Assembly: GCA_963742095.1 (NCBI GenBank)
Contig: CAVUKJ010000001.1
Coordinates: forward strand, 34,494 to 98,493
Direction of reading: 5' to 3'
Length of the DNA stretch: 64,000 nt
Source of the DNA: an uncultured Alphaproteobacteria bacterium
GTDB taxonomy: Bacteria; Pseudomonadota; Alphaproteobacteria; Rhizobiales; Xanthobacteraceae
Of the stretch, positions 36,657 through 44,216 are shown piece by piece. The notes below the pieces were generated by a model that was not told where the DNA came from, did no database searches, and worked only from the letters and a program-made list of their open reading frames with translations. Position numbers and translations under genes: made by a program. How positions within the stretch are numbered: the first letter of the stretch is position 1; the number at the start of each line of letters is the position of its first letter.

Positions 36657-37014
36657 TTCTCACTGATCAAACGGATGATCGACGCCGGCTGGGCAAGACA
36701 ACGGACACGAAGTAAGGGCTGGTCCTAGCGCAACACACTCGGGGCTCATAACTGGTGCCTCGCGCGTGGCTTGATAATAGCAATCGCGCGACAATATCGA
36801 CGACGTGATCTAAATTGCGTGCACAATGTTTTTGCGCGCGCCATAGACCTTCAAGATCATCTTTGCTCTGCCGGCCTGTCAGGTTCTGACCGCTGTTGCA
36901 TACGCGAGAACGTATAGAGCGCCGGCACGGCTCAGGTTGCTGGTTTCATCACATTTTTGCTTTCCCGGTTGTAAGCCGCAAGCCAAGCAGGCGTTTCACC
37001 TTAGAGCGTCACCA

Positions 37015-37039
37015 GGAACAAAGACCCGGCGCGCCCGTT
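37015..37039 (+). promoter_or_regulatory. EcfG-type promoter, full consensus GGAAC-N16-CGTT
   Basis: GGAACaaagacccggcgcgccCGTT, ending 8 nt before the ATG at 37048. Confidence 0.55.
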
Positions 37040-37047
37040 GAACTTCA

Positions 37048-37425
37048 ATGGATAGCGCGGACGACGAAGGGCTCTTTGGCTCGGTGCTCATTTATATGGG
37101 CATCCTGTTGTTCAGCATGGCGGTGCTTGCAGCGCCGATTTATCTCATTACTGGTCCCATTGTTTTCGACAACGACGCGAGATCCGATCTTGCCCGGGTC
37201 GTCAAACAGCCGGTCATTGCTGCAGACGACAACCGGCAGCCCAATGCCAAGGCCGAAGCCGCGCTCAAAGCGTTGGTCGCAAGGCCGGACGGCGCGCAGC
37301 TGCGCGCCGAAATGCCCGTCCATCGACGAGTTGTTCCCCCGCCACCCTCGACCCATGAAGTCACGACAAATCAGGTGACCTCAGCCCCGGCTGCTGCGTT
37401 TGTTCCGAGCTTCGCGCCACTCTAA
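37048..37425 (+). CDS. hypothetical membrane-anchored protein (possibly leaderless; an alternative start at 37096 exists)
   Basis: One TM (VLIYMGILLFSMAVLAAPIYLITGPIV). The consensus promoter abuts the ATG. Confidence 0.4.
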   Translation: MDSADDEGLFGSVLIYMGILLFSMAVLAAPIYLITGPIVFDNDARSDLARVVKQPVIAADDNRQPNAKAEAALKALVARPDGAQLRAEMPVHRRVVPPPPSTHEVTTNQVTSAPAAAFVPSFAPL

Positions 37426-37447
37426 TCCGACGAGGCGCCTACCGACG

Positions 37448-38095
37448 ATGCCGACGATGTCCAAAGTCTCGCAAAACGCGCTCATCTTCGACCACCGCGG
37501 CAATGCCCGCGTTGCGACCAGCGTGATCCTAGTCGGGATCCTTGCGATCATGACGGGCGAATTGCTGATGGCGTTCGGTCTGCCGGTCGGTCAACCGCCC
37601 CGTCTGCTGCCGCTTGCTAGCGTTAACGGCGCGGACTCGACATCGGTGCGCTTCGTTGGCGCGAGGCCACCCATCAACGCTGCCTGTGAGCAGCAAGTCT
37701 GGCCGAACATCGAGCAACGCTGCCTGGCGCGCATTGAAGCCAAGACAGCCACGACCAACCTTGCTCCGACGGCGTTGCCAGAGCAGAAGACCGCACCCGA
37801 CGACACGCTGTCGCCAACCCCGGCTCCCGCCGTCCCCGTCGTGGCAGTCGAGGGTCAATCGACGACGCAAGGCGAGGCGACGAACGGCACCGCGCAAAAT
37901 GTGGCGCCGGCACCGCTGCCGCCTGAGGCGCGCAGGGTCGAGGCGCAGTCAGAGGCGACCGTGGGCTCCGGCGCCGATAATGATGATACTGTCGATGAAC
38001 CGCCGGACGCACAGCCCAGCGAGCACGGACGATCGATGCCGCACCGGCCGTCCCAATTCCATTTTCACGTCCATATCAGAGGGTTTCATTTCTGA
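37448..38095 (+). CDS. hypothetical membrane-anchored Pro/Ala/Thr-rich protein
   Basis: One TM (VILVGILAIMTGELLMAFGL) followed by a low-complexity periplasmic region. No family recognised. Confidence 0.4.
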   Translation: MPTMSKVSQNALIFDHRGNARVATSVILVGILAIMTGELLMAFGLPVGQPPRLLPLASVNGADSTSVRFVGARPPINAACEQQVWPNIEQRCLARIEAKTATTNLAPTALPEQKTAPDDTLSPTPAPAVPVVAVEGQSTTQGEATNGTAQNVAPAPLPPEARRVEAQSEATVGSGADNDDTVDEPPDAQPSEHGRSMPHRPSQFHFHVHIRGFHF

Positions 38096-38193
38096 TGGCG
38101 GTGGCGTGTCGGGCGCCGGTTAGGCATTGACGCCGATGCGCTTCGAATGCGCTCGGAACCGCCCGCGTCTTTATTCTGGCCTGACCAACCAAG

Positions 38194-38220
38194 AAAAACC
38201 CCGCCGAAGCGGGGTTTTTT
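38194..38220. terminator. bidirectional intrinsic terminator
   Basis: AAAAA-CCCCGC-cgaa-GCGGGG-TTTTTT, between convergent genes ending at 38095 (+) and 38223 (-). Confidence 0.7.
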
Positions 38221-38222
38221 GC

Positions 38223-38504
38223 TCAGTTCTTGGGAGCCTGCCCAGTCGTTGACGGAGCGGCCTTGCCCGTCGGCTCAGTTTTCGCCGCTTGCGTCTTGTG
38301 GGCCTTCGACCGTTCCGCAACGCAGCTGTTTACGAAATTGCGTCGCTTGAGAAAATGAATGGCCGAGTACTTCTTTGCCGCTTGAGCCTTGCACGAAGCT
38401 TGGACATCAGCCGAGACCTTATGCTTTGCGCTAGTAGCCGAAGCTGATCCTGCGAAGCCGACCGCGACCGCTGCCAGGATGCACGAAATAATCAATTTCT
38501 TCAT
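38223..38504 (-). CDS. small secreted Lys/Ala-rich protein
   Basis: MKKLIISCILAAVAVGFAGSASA signal peptide. 93 aa. A consensus EcfG promoter lies 30 nt upstream. Confidence 0.6.
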   Translation of the reverse strand: MKKLIISCILAAVAVGFAGSASATSAKHKVSADVQASCKAQAAKKYSAIHFLKRRNFVNSCVAERSKAHKTQAAKTEPTGKAAPSTTGQAPKN

Positions 38505-38533
38505 GGGGAGCACTCCGTGTTGCCTACCCCTCA

Positions 38534-38559
38534 AACGTTCCCATGGCGTCATTCGTTCC
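38534..38559 (-). promoter_or_regulatory. EcfG-type promoter, full consensus GGAAC-N17-CGTT
   Basis: Minus strand GGAACgaatgacgccatgggaaCGTT. Confidence 0.65.
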
Positions 38560-38799
38560 GAATATTTTCCTGACAGTTTGTTCAACCAAGAGCGCAACGA
38601 GCGTTCAGGGGCTACTCCATGACAGCCGTCATAAGGTCGGTTGCTACTGCTATCGCTGAAGACAGGGCTGTCTCTGGAAATCAACGGCGGTGGCGCCGCG
38701 CTGTGTAGTTCCACGGCAGCACGTTGACGAAATTGTTTCAAGAAACTTGCCGAGGGCAGCCCCAGTTGGCGGCCTCTTACATTTGAAACCAAGCGTGCA

Positions 38800-38827
38800 A
38801 TGTCCGCTATTGGCACTTAGCAGACAC
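38800..38827. repeat. hairpin-repeat locus E (one unit) preceded by the GGCGGCCTCTTACATTTGAAA head
   Basis: ATGTCCGCTattggcacttAGCAGACAC. Confidence 0.7.
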
Positions 38828-38907
38828 AGTCTCATCTATCTCACGCCGGCGTTCACCATCGCGCCGGACGAGTTACGCAAACTGACCGGCGCGGTGGTGA
38901 AGCTCGT

Positions 38908-39528
38908 TCAGCGATAGACGTAGGTAACTTCGCGGGTTTGCGGTTCGACCAGCACCGGCTCGCCATTTACATAGGCGTACTGGTACTGATAGCCGGGCAC
39001 TGGCGAGAGCGCGACCTCTGGCGGCAAGCCGGCGCCGATCACGACCTCGCCGTTGAGATAGACCGGCTGCACCGGATGGCCGACGACGTAGTCGCGCACG
39101 GTGTCGGGTGGTGTGATGACCAACGGTTCACCTGTCGCTGTGCGATCGACGATCGTTCCGGTCACGACGGGCGGTGGCGCGGCGCTACCGACGGTCGCGA
39201 CTGGCGCGGTATAGGTTGTTGCCGGGAATTGCCTGATGCCTTCTGACACGACGAGCGAGCGGCCCGACAGGGTCGCCGTCAGATATTTCGAATAGGCCCA
39301 GCCTTGCCGGCCGTTGAAGCTCACCCGACACCACAAGCTGCCTTCGATGCAGCCAATGATGGTCGCTCTGCCTCTTTCCGGAATCGCGGCAACGACCGGA
39401 TATTGCGGGCCAGGGCCAGAGCGGATGCTCAGCGATGTCGTGGCCGAAGCGATGATGGCGGCCGAAGCCGTCGTTGAAAGCGCCGCAGCCATGAGCCCGG
39501 CAAGGAAGATCGATTTTCTGAGCGACAT
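38908..39528 (-). CDS. secreted SH3b plus DUF1236-like protein
   Basis: Signal peptide MSLRKSIFLAGLMAAALSTTASA. SH3b region SLSIRSGPGPQYPVVAAIPERGRATIIGCIEGSLWCRVSFNGRQGWAYSKYL. C-terminal PVPGYQYQYAYVNGEPVLVEPQTREVTYV. GGAGG SD. Confidence 0.7.
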   Translation of the reverse strand: MSLRKSIFLAGLMAAALSTTASAAIIASATTSLSIRSGPGPQYPVVAAIPERGRATIIGCIEGSLWCRVSFNGRQGWAYSKYLTATLSGRSLVVSEGIRQFPATTYTAPVATVGSAAPPPVVTGTIVDRTATGEPLVITPPDTVRDYVVGHPVQPVYLNGEVVIGAGLPPEVALSPVPGYQYQYAYVNGEPVLVEPQTREVTYVYR

Positions 39529-39564
39529 AGCACAGACCTCCATGAAACTATTGAATGTCTGCGT

Positions 39565-39590
39565 AACGTTCCGCGAGGCAGCGTTGTTCC
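39565..39590 (-). promoter_or_regulatory. EcfG-type promoter, full consensus GGAAC-N17-CGTT
   Basis: Minus strand GGAACaacgctgcctcgcggaaCGTT, 37 nt upstream of the ATG at 39528. Confidence 0.65.
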
Positions 39591-39951
39591 TGCGGAACCG
39601 GGAACCGCGCATGGTTCCCGATTCAGAAACCGACCGCGCTGACGTGCAAGTGGTATCTCACCGGCGCAGCGACCTTCAACGGACCAGACGCGCATTACGA
39701 TCTCGGTGCAGGTGGACGAGCTGTGACTCCCGATTGTCACGATGCCTTCAATGCGGCAGGTGGCCTCGTCAGTGGACCGCATTGCTACGCAGGAACTATC
39801 CTCGTGGGGGTGTCAACCGGTGTTAAATGGCAATTCTAACTGGCCAAACGTAAAGCTGAACCTTGAAACAACTAACGAGGCCGCGTTCAAAGCGCCGCCT
39901 CTTTTTCTCTAGTATCCGGCGCAAAATGCGATCTGGCGTCGCCGTAAAACG

Positions 39952-40033
39952 GCGGACGCATGTCCGCTATTGGCACTTAGCGGACATTCCGACTACGCGG
40001 GCGAATGTCTGCTTTCAGGACTAAAGCGGACAT
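39952..40033. repeat. hairpin-repeat locus F (intact paralog of the IS30 target)
   Basis: GCGGACgcatGTCCGC; ATGTCCGCTattggcacttAGCGGACATtccgactacgcgggcgaATGTCTGCTttcaggactaaAGCGGACAT. Nearly identical to 28762-28816. Confidence 0.8.
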
Positions 40034-40055
40034 GGGGCCGACAGTCATGGGCGGA

Positions 40056-40331
40056 TTATTTATGAAAATCGGTGACTCGCAATAAAACGGGCTGGCTGGA
40101 CTGGGTTTGCTCTTCGAAAAACTTACGCGATGCGCGCTCTTCAATCACTTCGCGCAGCCGCATAAATTGATCTACGCGCTGATCTGGCCTCACGTTGCGC
40201 CTGCCTTCAAGATCGTCCATCGCTGCGGTGCTGATCGCGCACAGAATTACATTGCCCTGATTGAGCATCGTGAACTCGACGACCGACCGATTGAAGTCGT
40301 AACCCTTGACCTCGCCTTGTTGCAGCGGCAT
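40056..40331 (-). CDS. DUF1488 family protein
   Basis: MPLQQGEVKGYDFNRSVVEFTMLNQGNVILCAISTAAMDDLEG...DQFMRLREVIEERASRKF. Confidence 0.65.
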   Translation of the reverse strand: MPLQQGEVKGYDFNRSVVEFTMLNQGNVILCAISTAAMDDLEGRRNVRPDQRVDQFMRLREVIEERASRKFFEEQTQSSQPVLLRVTDFHK

Positions 40332-40393
40332 TGCGAATGCTCCATTTCGGGGAGGCTCATATATATTTATAACCCGATTGGTGCCGCATGATC

Positions 40394-40511
40394 ATGTCCG
40401 CTATTGGCGCCTAACGGACATGCCGTTAGCGCTGACGAATGTCCGCTTACGGGGGTAAAGCGGACATCGACGATTGACGGCTTCATGTCCGCTAATGACC
40501 CAAAGCGGATT
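40394..40511. repeat. hairpin-repeat locus G (three units)
   Basis: ATGTCCGCTattggcgcctAACGGACAT; ATGTCCGCTtacgggggtaaAGCGGACAT; ATGTCCGCTaatgacccaaAGCGGATT. Confidence 0.8.
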
Positions 40512-40578
40512 TGTGTGCTGTTTCGCTCAGACAGCTAACCCCAATCCGATTGAGGTGCGGTTGGTCCCTGTGGGCACC

Positions 40579-40761
40579 ATGAAAATCATTCGCGAATGTC
40601 GGATGCGCGCAGATATTCTTATGTCGATTGCGAAGGATGCGCCGGAACTAGAAAGCCAGTTGTTATATGCCGCCCAAGAATGGCTGGCATTGGCTCTCCT
40701 AAGGGAGCAACTCAACGCCGGTGCAGATGAGCCGCCCTACAGATTACACGCACTCAACTAG
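40579..40761 (+). CDS. small helical protein, family member g (divergent)
   Basis: MKIIRECRMRADILMSIAKDAPELESQLLYAAQEWLALALLREQL.... Confidence 0.4.
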   Translation: MKIIRECRMRADILMSIAKDAPELESQLLYAAQEWLALALLREQLNAGADEPPYRLHALN

Positions 40762-40930
40762 GCTGCCCGCCTCGCGCGGTCCGTGGCACGAGAGCGAAAT
40801 AACTCTTGCGTAAATTAAAGGCCCCTTACGCAGAGGCCCCTTTTTTGGCTGTTCCGCACGGCCTCTTTTGTTGTTTGTCCAATTGACCTGTCTCAAAGTG
40901 CGGCTCTGGGTGTTTGCTAGCAATGCGGTC

Positions 40931-41122
40931 ATGGCGAAAGTCGATGACCTCTTGAAACTCGCGCAGGATTGCTACGCGCAAGCGCGGGCAACACTGCATC
41001 TATCGACCAAGCGCCATCTCGTTCAGATGGGCGACGAATATCAGAAACAAGCCGACGAATTGCAGCATAGTCGAGCCGTTATTCAAGCCGCCTTTCCGAA
41101 GCCCGGCGGCAAGATTGGGTAA
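40931..41122 (+). CDS. small helical protein, family member h (divergent)
   Basis: MAKVDDLLKLAQDCYAQARATLHLSTKRHLVQMGDEYQKQADELQH.... Confidence 0.4.
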   Translation: MAKVDDLLKLAQDCYAQARATLHLSTKRHLVQMGDEYQKQADELQHSRAVIQAAFPKPGGKIG

Positions 41123-41138
41123 GGAAGGGGGACAACTT

Positions 41139-41164
41139 AGCCGCCTCAGTTGGCGGGCTTTTCC
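41139..41164 (+). terminator. intrinsic terminator (AGTTGGCGG-type)
   Basis: AGCCGCC-tcagtt-GGCGGGCT followed by TTTCC. Confidence 0.4.
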
Positions 41165-41263
41165 TATTATGGCGTGACCTCTCGCCCGCCTTGGTCGCGG
41201 TAGATGCTAGACGGGCGGCCCCAATCGGAGCACGCTTGCTTCGCGCCAAAACGGGGGGGCCGC

Positions 41264-41371
41264 ATGGTCTTAGACACCACTACATTTTTGGTCGTCCTCA
41301 CCGTCATCATTGCGGCGCTCGGCGGCTTTATTGGGTACAAGGTCCACATCGAAAAGAAAAAGCAACCGTAG
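41264..41371 (+). CDS. 35-aa single-TM micro-protein (paralog of 24723-24833)
   Basis: MVLDTTTFLVVLTVIIAALGGFIGYKVHIEKKKQP, compared with MMTLDTTTFLILFSAAIVILGGFIVFKYQSEKKKER. Confidence 0.45.
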   Translation: MVLDTTTFLVVLTVIIAALGGFIGYKVHIEKKKQP

Positions 41372-41518
41372 CGGCAGCGCGCCTTGGCGTGGCGGCCGTC
41401 ATTGCAGCGTTGGCCGCAACGAGGGCTTTGCTCCGGTGACATGAGGGGCGCGTGAGCATGACGGAAGTTTTTGAAAACAGTCAAATTATTCTCGGCGCGG
41501 CCTTGAAAAAAAACTGAC

Positions 41519-41761
41519 ATGACCAAGCAGAAGGCTAATCGTAAAACTCGCGCGACCGGCTCCTCGCCTCGCCGAGACGCGCGCGATGTATCGTTGTGGG
41601 AGCGAATGGAGTTGTTGCGGTTCACGCTCTCATTCGCGCTTGTTGTCGCGGCCGTGCTCTGGCTGGCGACGCTGGTTCTGCCGGAGCGGGTAGCGGAGCA
41701 ATGCCCCTATCCTCGTTGCATGGACGACATGTCGGGGACCGACGCGGCGAGCCCTCGGTAA
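41519..41761 (+). CDS. hypothetical small membrane protein
   Basis: Basic N-terminus, one TM (LLRFTLSFALVVAAVLWLATLVL), and a CPYPRC motif. Followed directly by repeat locus H. Confidence 0.3.
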   Translation: MTKQKANRKTRATGSSPRRDARDVSLWERMELLRFTLSFALVVAAVLWLATLVLPERVAEQCPYPRCMDDMSGTDAASPR

Positions 41762-41777
41762 TCCTCGCTATAGCCCG

Positions 41778-41908
41778 ATGTCCGCTTTTGTGGTCGCTAT
41801 TTGGGGTAAAGCGGAGATCGCGATTTGAGCGCGGCATGTCCGCTAATGACCCTTAGCGGACATTTCAATGCGCGTGGCCAGTGTCCGTTGTCGGGGCAAT
41901 GCGGACAT
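41778..41908. repeat. hairpin-repeat locus H (three units)
   Basis: ATGTCCGCTtttgtggtcgctatttggggtaaAGCGGAGAT; ATGTCCGCTaatgacccttAGCGGACAT; GTGTCCGTTgtcggggcaaTGCGGACAT. Confidence 0.8.
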
Positions 41909-41975
41909 TGCACCGTTTGTGACCTCCGACCGGCCCATTCGGCTGATGGCCCACGCATCACGTAAACATCCGTAA

Positions 41976-42161
41976 TTGGACCATGTGGCGGTTATTAGTA
42001 TTTGCCTGCCGGTGGACCAACTCCCTAAGCCCGAACCACCGAAGTCCTGTCCAGCCTGCCAGGTCGCAATGCAGACTGCGAAAACTGAGAATGGTGTCGT
42101 CCACATCTGCCAACATTGCGGGTTGACCTCTCACTATCGCTCCACTGCCAAAGAAAGTTGA
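41976..42161 (+). CDS. small zinc-ribbon-like protein (start uncertain)
   Basis: CPAC-N17-CQHC pattern (KSCPACQVAMQTAKTENGVVHICQHCGL). Confidence 0.35.
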   Translation: MDHVAVISICLPVDQLPKPEPPKSCPACQVAMQTAKTENGVVHICQHCGLTSHYRSTAKES

Positions 42162-42167
42162 AAAGCA

Positions 42168-42305
42168 ATGCCAACAGAAACTGCCATCATCGTTGCCGGG
42201 ATCATTGTGGTGTTCGTTGTATTCGCCATCGTGCTGGCTTGGGCCGACTACCAGACGAGGAATGTTGGTACTATTGGCTCGACATATTTCCATAAGCCTA
42301 AATAG
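42168..42305 (+). CDS. 45-aa single-TM micro-protein
   Basis: MPTETAIIVAGIIVVFVVFAIVLAWADYQTRNVGTIGSTYFHKPK. It starts 6 nt after the zinc-ribbon ORF stop. Confidence 0.4.
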   Translation: MPTETAIIVAGIIVVFVVFAIVLAWADYQTRNVGTIGSTYFHKPK

Positions 42306-42370
42306 TGAGTTGTCATTCCATCCGCCAACGCCTTTGTCCACTGCTCGAAGGGCGGCGCCGGCGTCGAATA

Positions 42371-42400
42371 GGTCGGTCGCGAATGACCCAAAGCGGACAT
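42371..42400. repeat. hairpin-repeat locus I (half/degenerate unit)
   Basis: ggtcggtcgcgaatgacccaaAGCGGACAT. Confidence 0.5.
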
Positions 42401-42545
42401 CACGGTAACCAAGCTGCGGATGTTGTGCGCCACCCGGCATTGCGCGGTCGGTTAGAAGATACGGGCGATACCACGTAACTTGATTGCGGCTGAGCCCCTC
42501 ATAGCGTCACAGATTTTCATCTTTCGCTCGCCCTCGCCACTAACT

Positions 42546-43229
42546 TCACGACTTTGCGCGCCTACGATTTGTCGCTAGCTCGCGCCGGCGGTGTGCTGCC
42601 GTAAGGCCCAAACCGGCCATCAGCATGCGGAAAGCACGTTCCAGTTGCTCTAAGCCGATGGCAAGATTCGTAACGTCGCTTGCCAGCCAACGTCGCAACT
42701 CAACCTGAAAGATGCAGAATAGCGTCCACCCGACGAACAGCGGCGGTTCGGTCGGCGCGGTCTCGCCATTTGCAATCGCGAGTTCGATGGTACGGCCGAA
42801 TAGCCGGATCAGCCGCTCGCGTGTCTTCTGAAACGAGGCGGCTTGCGTGCCGGAGTCGTAGAAAATCATTTCACGCAGTGCTAGCCGGGCCAGAGCAGGC
42901 TGCTCGCCGAAAAAGCGGTAATGTAATTTCGCAATTGCAAGCAGGTTGTTGATCAGCGGTGCTTTCGGATCGACCGCACCCTCAGCTTGCCGCGTGATGT
43001 GCTGCAGCGGCTCGTTGATGGTGAGGAACAGCAGATCGCGTTTGTCCTTGGCGTAGAGGAAAATCGTGCCGAGACCTACGCCTGCGCGCACGGCGATTTC
43101 GCGCATAGTCGTGTCATCAAAGCCTTTGGCGATGAAGAGACTCTGGGCGGCCTTTTTGATGCGTCGCAGCTTGTCGAGTTTGTTGCGCGCGCGCAGGCCG
43201 TCGGCGGAAGCGAGCGTAGCGTCGGTCAT
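42546..43229 (-). CDS. TetR/AcrR family transcriptional regulator
   Basis: HTH FDDTTMREIAVRAGVGLGTIFLYAKDKRDL. Divergent from the ABC operon. Confidence 0.85.
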   Translation of the reverse strand: MTDATLASADGLRARNKLDKLRRIKKAAQSLFIAKGFDDTTMREIAVRAGVGLGTIFLYAKDKRDLLFLTINEPLQHITRQAEGAVDPKAPLINNLLAIAKLHYRFFGEQPALARLALREMIFYDSGTQAASFQKTRERLIRLFGRTIELAIANGETAPTEPPLFVGWTLFCIFQVELRRWLASDVTNLAIGLEQLERAFRMLMAGLGLTAAHRRRELATNRRRAKS

Positions 43230-43272
43230 TGGTGTCTCTTTTGTTCGCAAGGCCGGCTTCCACGTCGCCCGC

Positions 43273-43311
43273 TTGACAGAATAATGAACATGTTCAACTA
43301 TGAACAAGTTC
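43273..43311 (+). promoter_or_regulatory. sigma70-like promoter overlapped by two TetR-operator-like palindromes
   Basis: TTGACA (43273-43278), a 17-nt spacer, then AACTAT. GAACATGTTC (43286-43295) and GAACAAGTTC (43302-43311) are spaced 16 bp centre to centre. Confidence 0.45.
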
Positions 43312-43376
43312 GACAAAAAAAGGAAGCTCCCAGGAGCATCAGGCGGAGCTGATCGACAGCCCAGGGGAGGGCCAAG

Positions 43377-44216
43377 GTGCAAGCGTTGCGCAAGAACCTC
43401 GCCGCTGTGCGCCCGGGTGGAGCGAACTTATCCGCATTGTCGATTTCTAAGATCAGTGTTCGTTTCGGCACACGAACAATATTGGAATCGATCGATTTCA
43501 GTGTCCGTCGAGGCGAATTTGTTTGTATCGTCGGCTCATCAGGCTCGGGCAAGACGACGTTGTTGCGCGTCCTCGCGGGGCTTGCCCGCGCGGACGAGGG
43601 CAAAGTTTTGTTCGAGGGAGCCGAGATTTCCGGTCCGTCCCGCGACCGCGCAATCATCTTTCAGGATTATTCGAAGGCACTACTGCCCTGGCGCACCGTG
43701 CGCGGCAACGTGGCGCTCAGCCTGGAAGCGCGGAATGTCCTCGCCGCAAAGCAGGACGGCATTATCGACGAACTGCTCGGCAAAATGGGTTTGAGTAACT
43801 CAAAAGATCAGTTTCCGAGTCAGCTGTCCGGCGGCATGCAGCAACGCGTGCAGATCGCCCGGTGTTTGGCGCAGGACCCGAAGCTGTTGCTGATGGACGA
43901 GCCATTCGGAGCGCTCGACGCGATGACCCGGCAGACCCTGCAGGATGAGATCCTGCACCTTGTGGCAGACAAGCACATCGCAACCGTCTTCATCACGCAC
44001 GACCTCGAAGAGGCAATATATCTTGGCGATCGCGTCGTCGTGCTGGGTGGTTCACCGGCCAGCGTTAAAGAGAGCATCGAAATTGAACTGCCGCGGCCGC
44101 GCAATCAGCTCACGACGCGGGAGGATTCTCGCTTTCTTGCTTACCGACATCGCCTCTTCAAATTGCTGTTACACGAACGTTCCCGGCTTGCTCCTCAGAA
44201 TGAGGGGCAAGGCTGA
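43377..44216 (+). CDS. ABC transporter ATP-binding protein (NitT/TauT family)
   Basis: GSSGSGKTT and LSGGMQQR. GTG start after GGGGAGGG. Confidence 0.85.
   Translation: MQALRKNLAAVRPGGANLSALSISKISVRFGTRTILESIDFSVRRGEFVCIVGSSGSGKTTLLRVLAGLARADEGKVLFEGAEISGPSRDRAIIFQDYSKALLPWRTVRGNVALSLEARNVLAAKQDGIIDELLGKMGLSNSKDQFPSQLSGGMQQRVQIARCLAQDPKLLLMDEPFGALDAMTRQTLQDEILHLVADKHIATVFITHDLEEAIYLGDRVVVLGGSPASVKESIEIELPRPRNQLTTREDSRFLAYRHRLFKLLLHERSRLAPQNEGQG

Noticed and set aside
41167-41625. 152-aa minus-strand ORF.
   Set aside because: It has no SD and a low-complexity translation. It overlaps the conserved micro-ORF at 41264-41371 and the start of 41519-41761 on the opposite strand.
22082-42400. Possibility that the repeated hairpins form a CRISPR array.
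   Set aside because: The units are internally palindromic, have variable loops and irregular spacing, and are separated by genes rather than uniform spacers. No cas genes are present.
29000-42400. Integron-like cassette array (small ORFs each followed by an attC-like hairpin; GTTAGGC core-like sequence at 30161-30167).
   Set aside because: There is no intI integrase. ORFs lie on both strands. The GC hairpins are only about 24 nt (attC sites are 55-140 nt with R/L boxes). The GTTRRRY match occurs in only one copy; the others read GTTGGCG.
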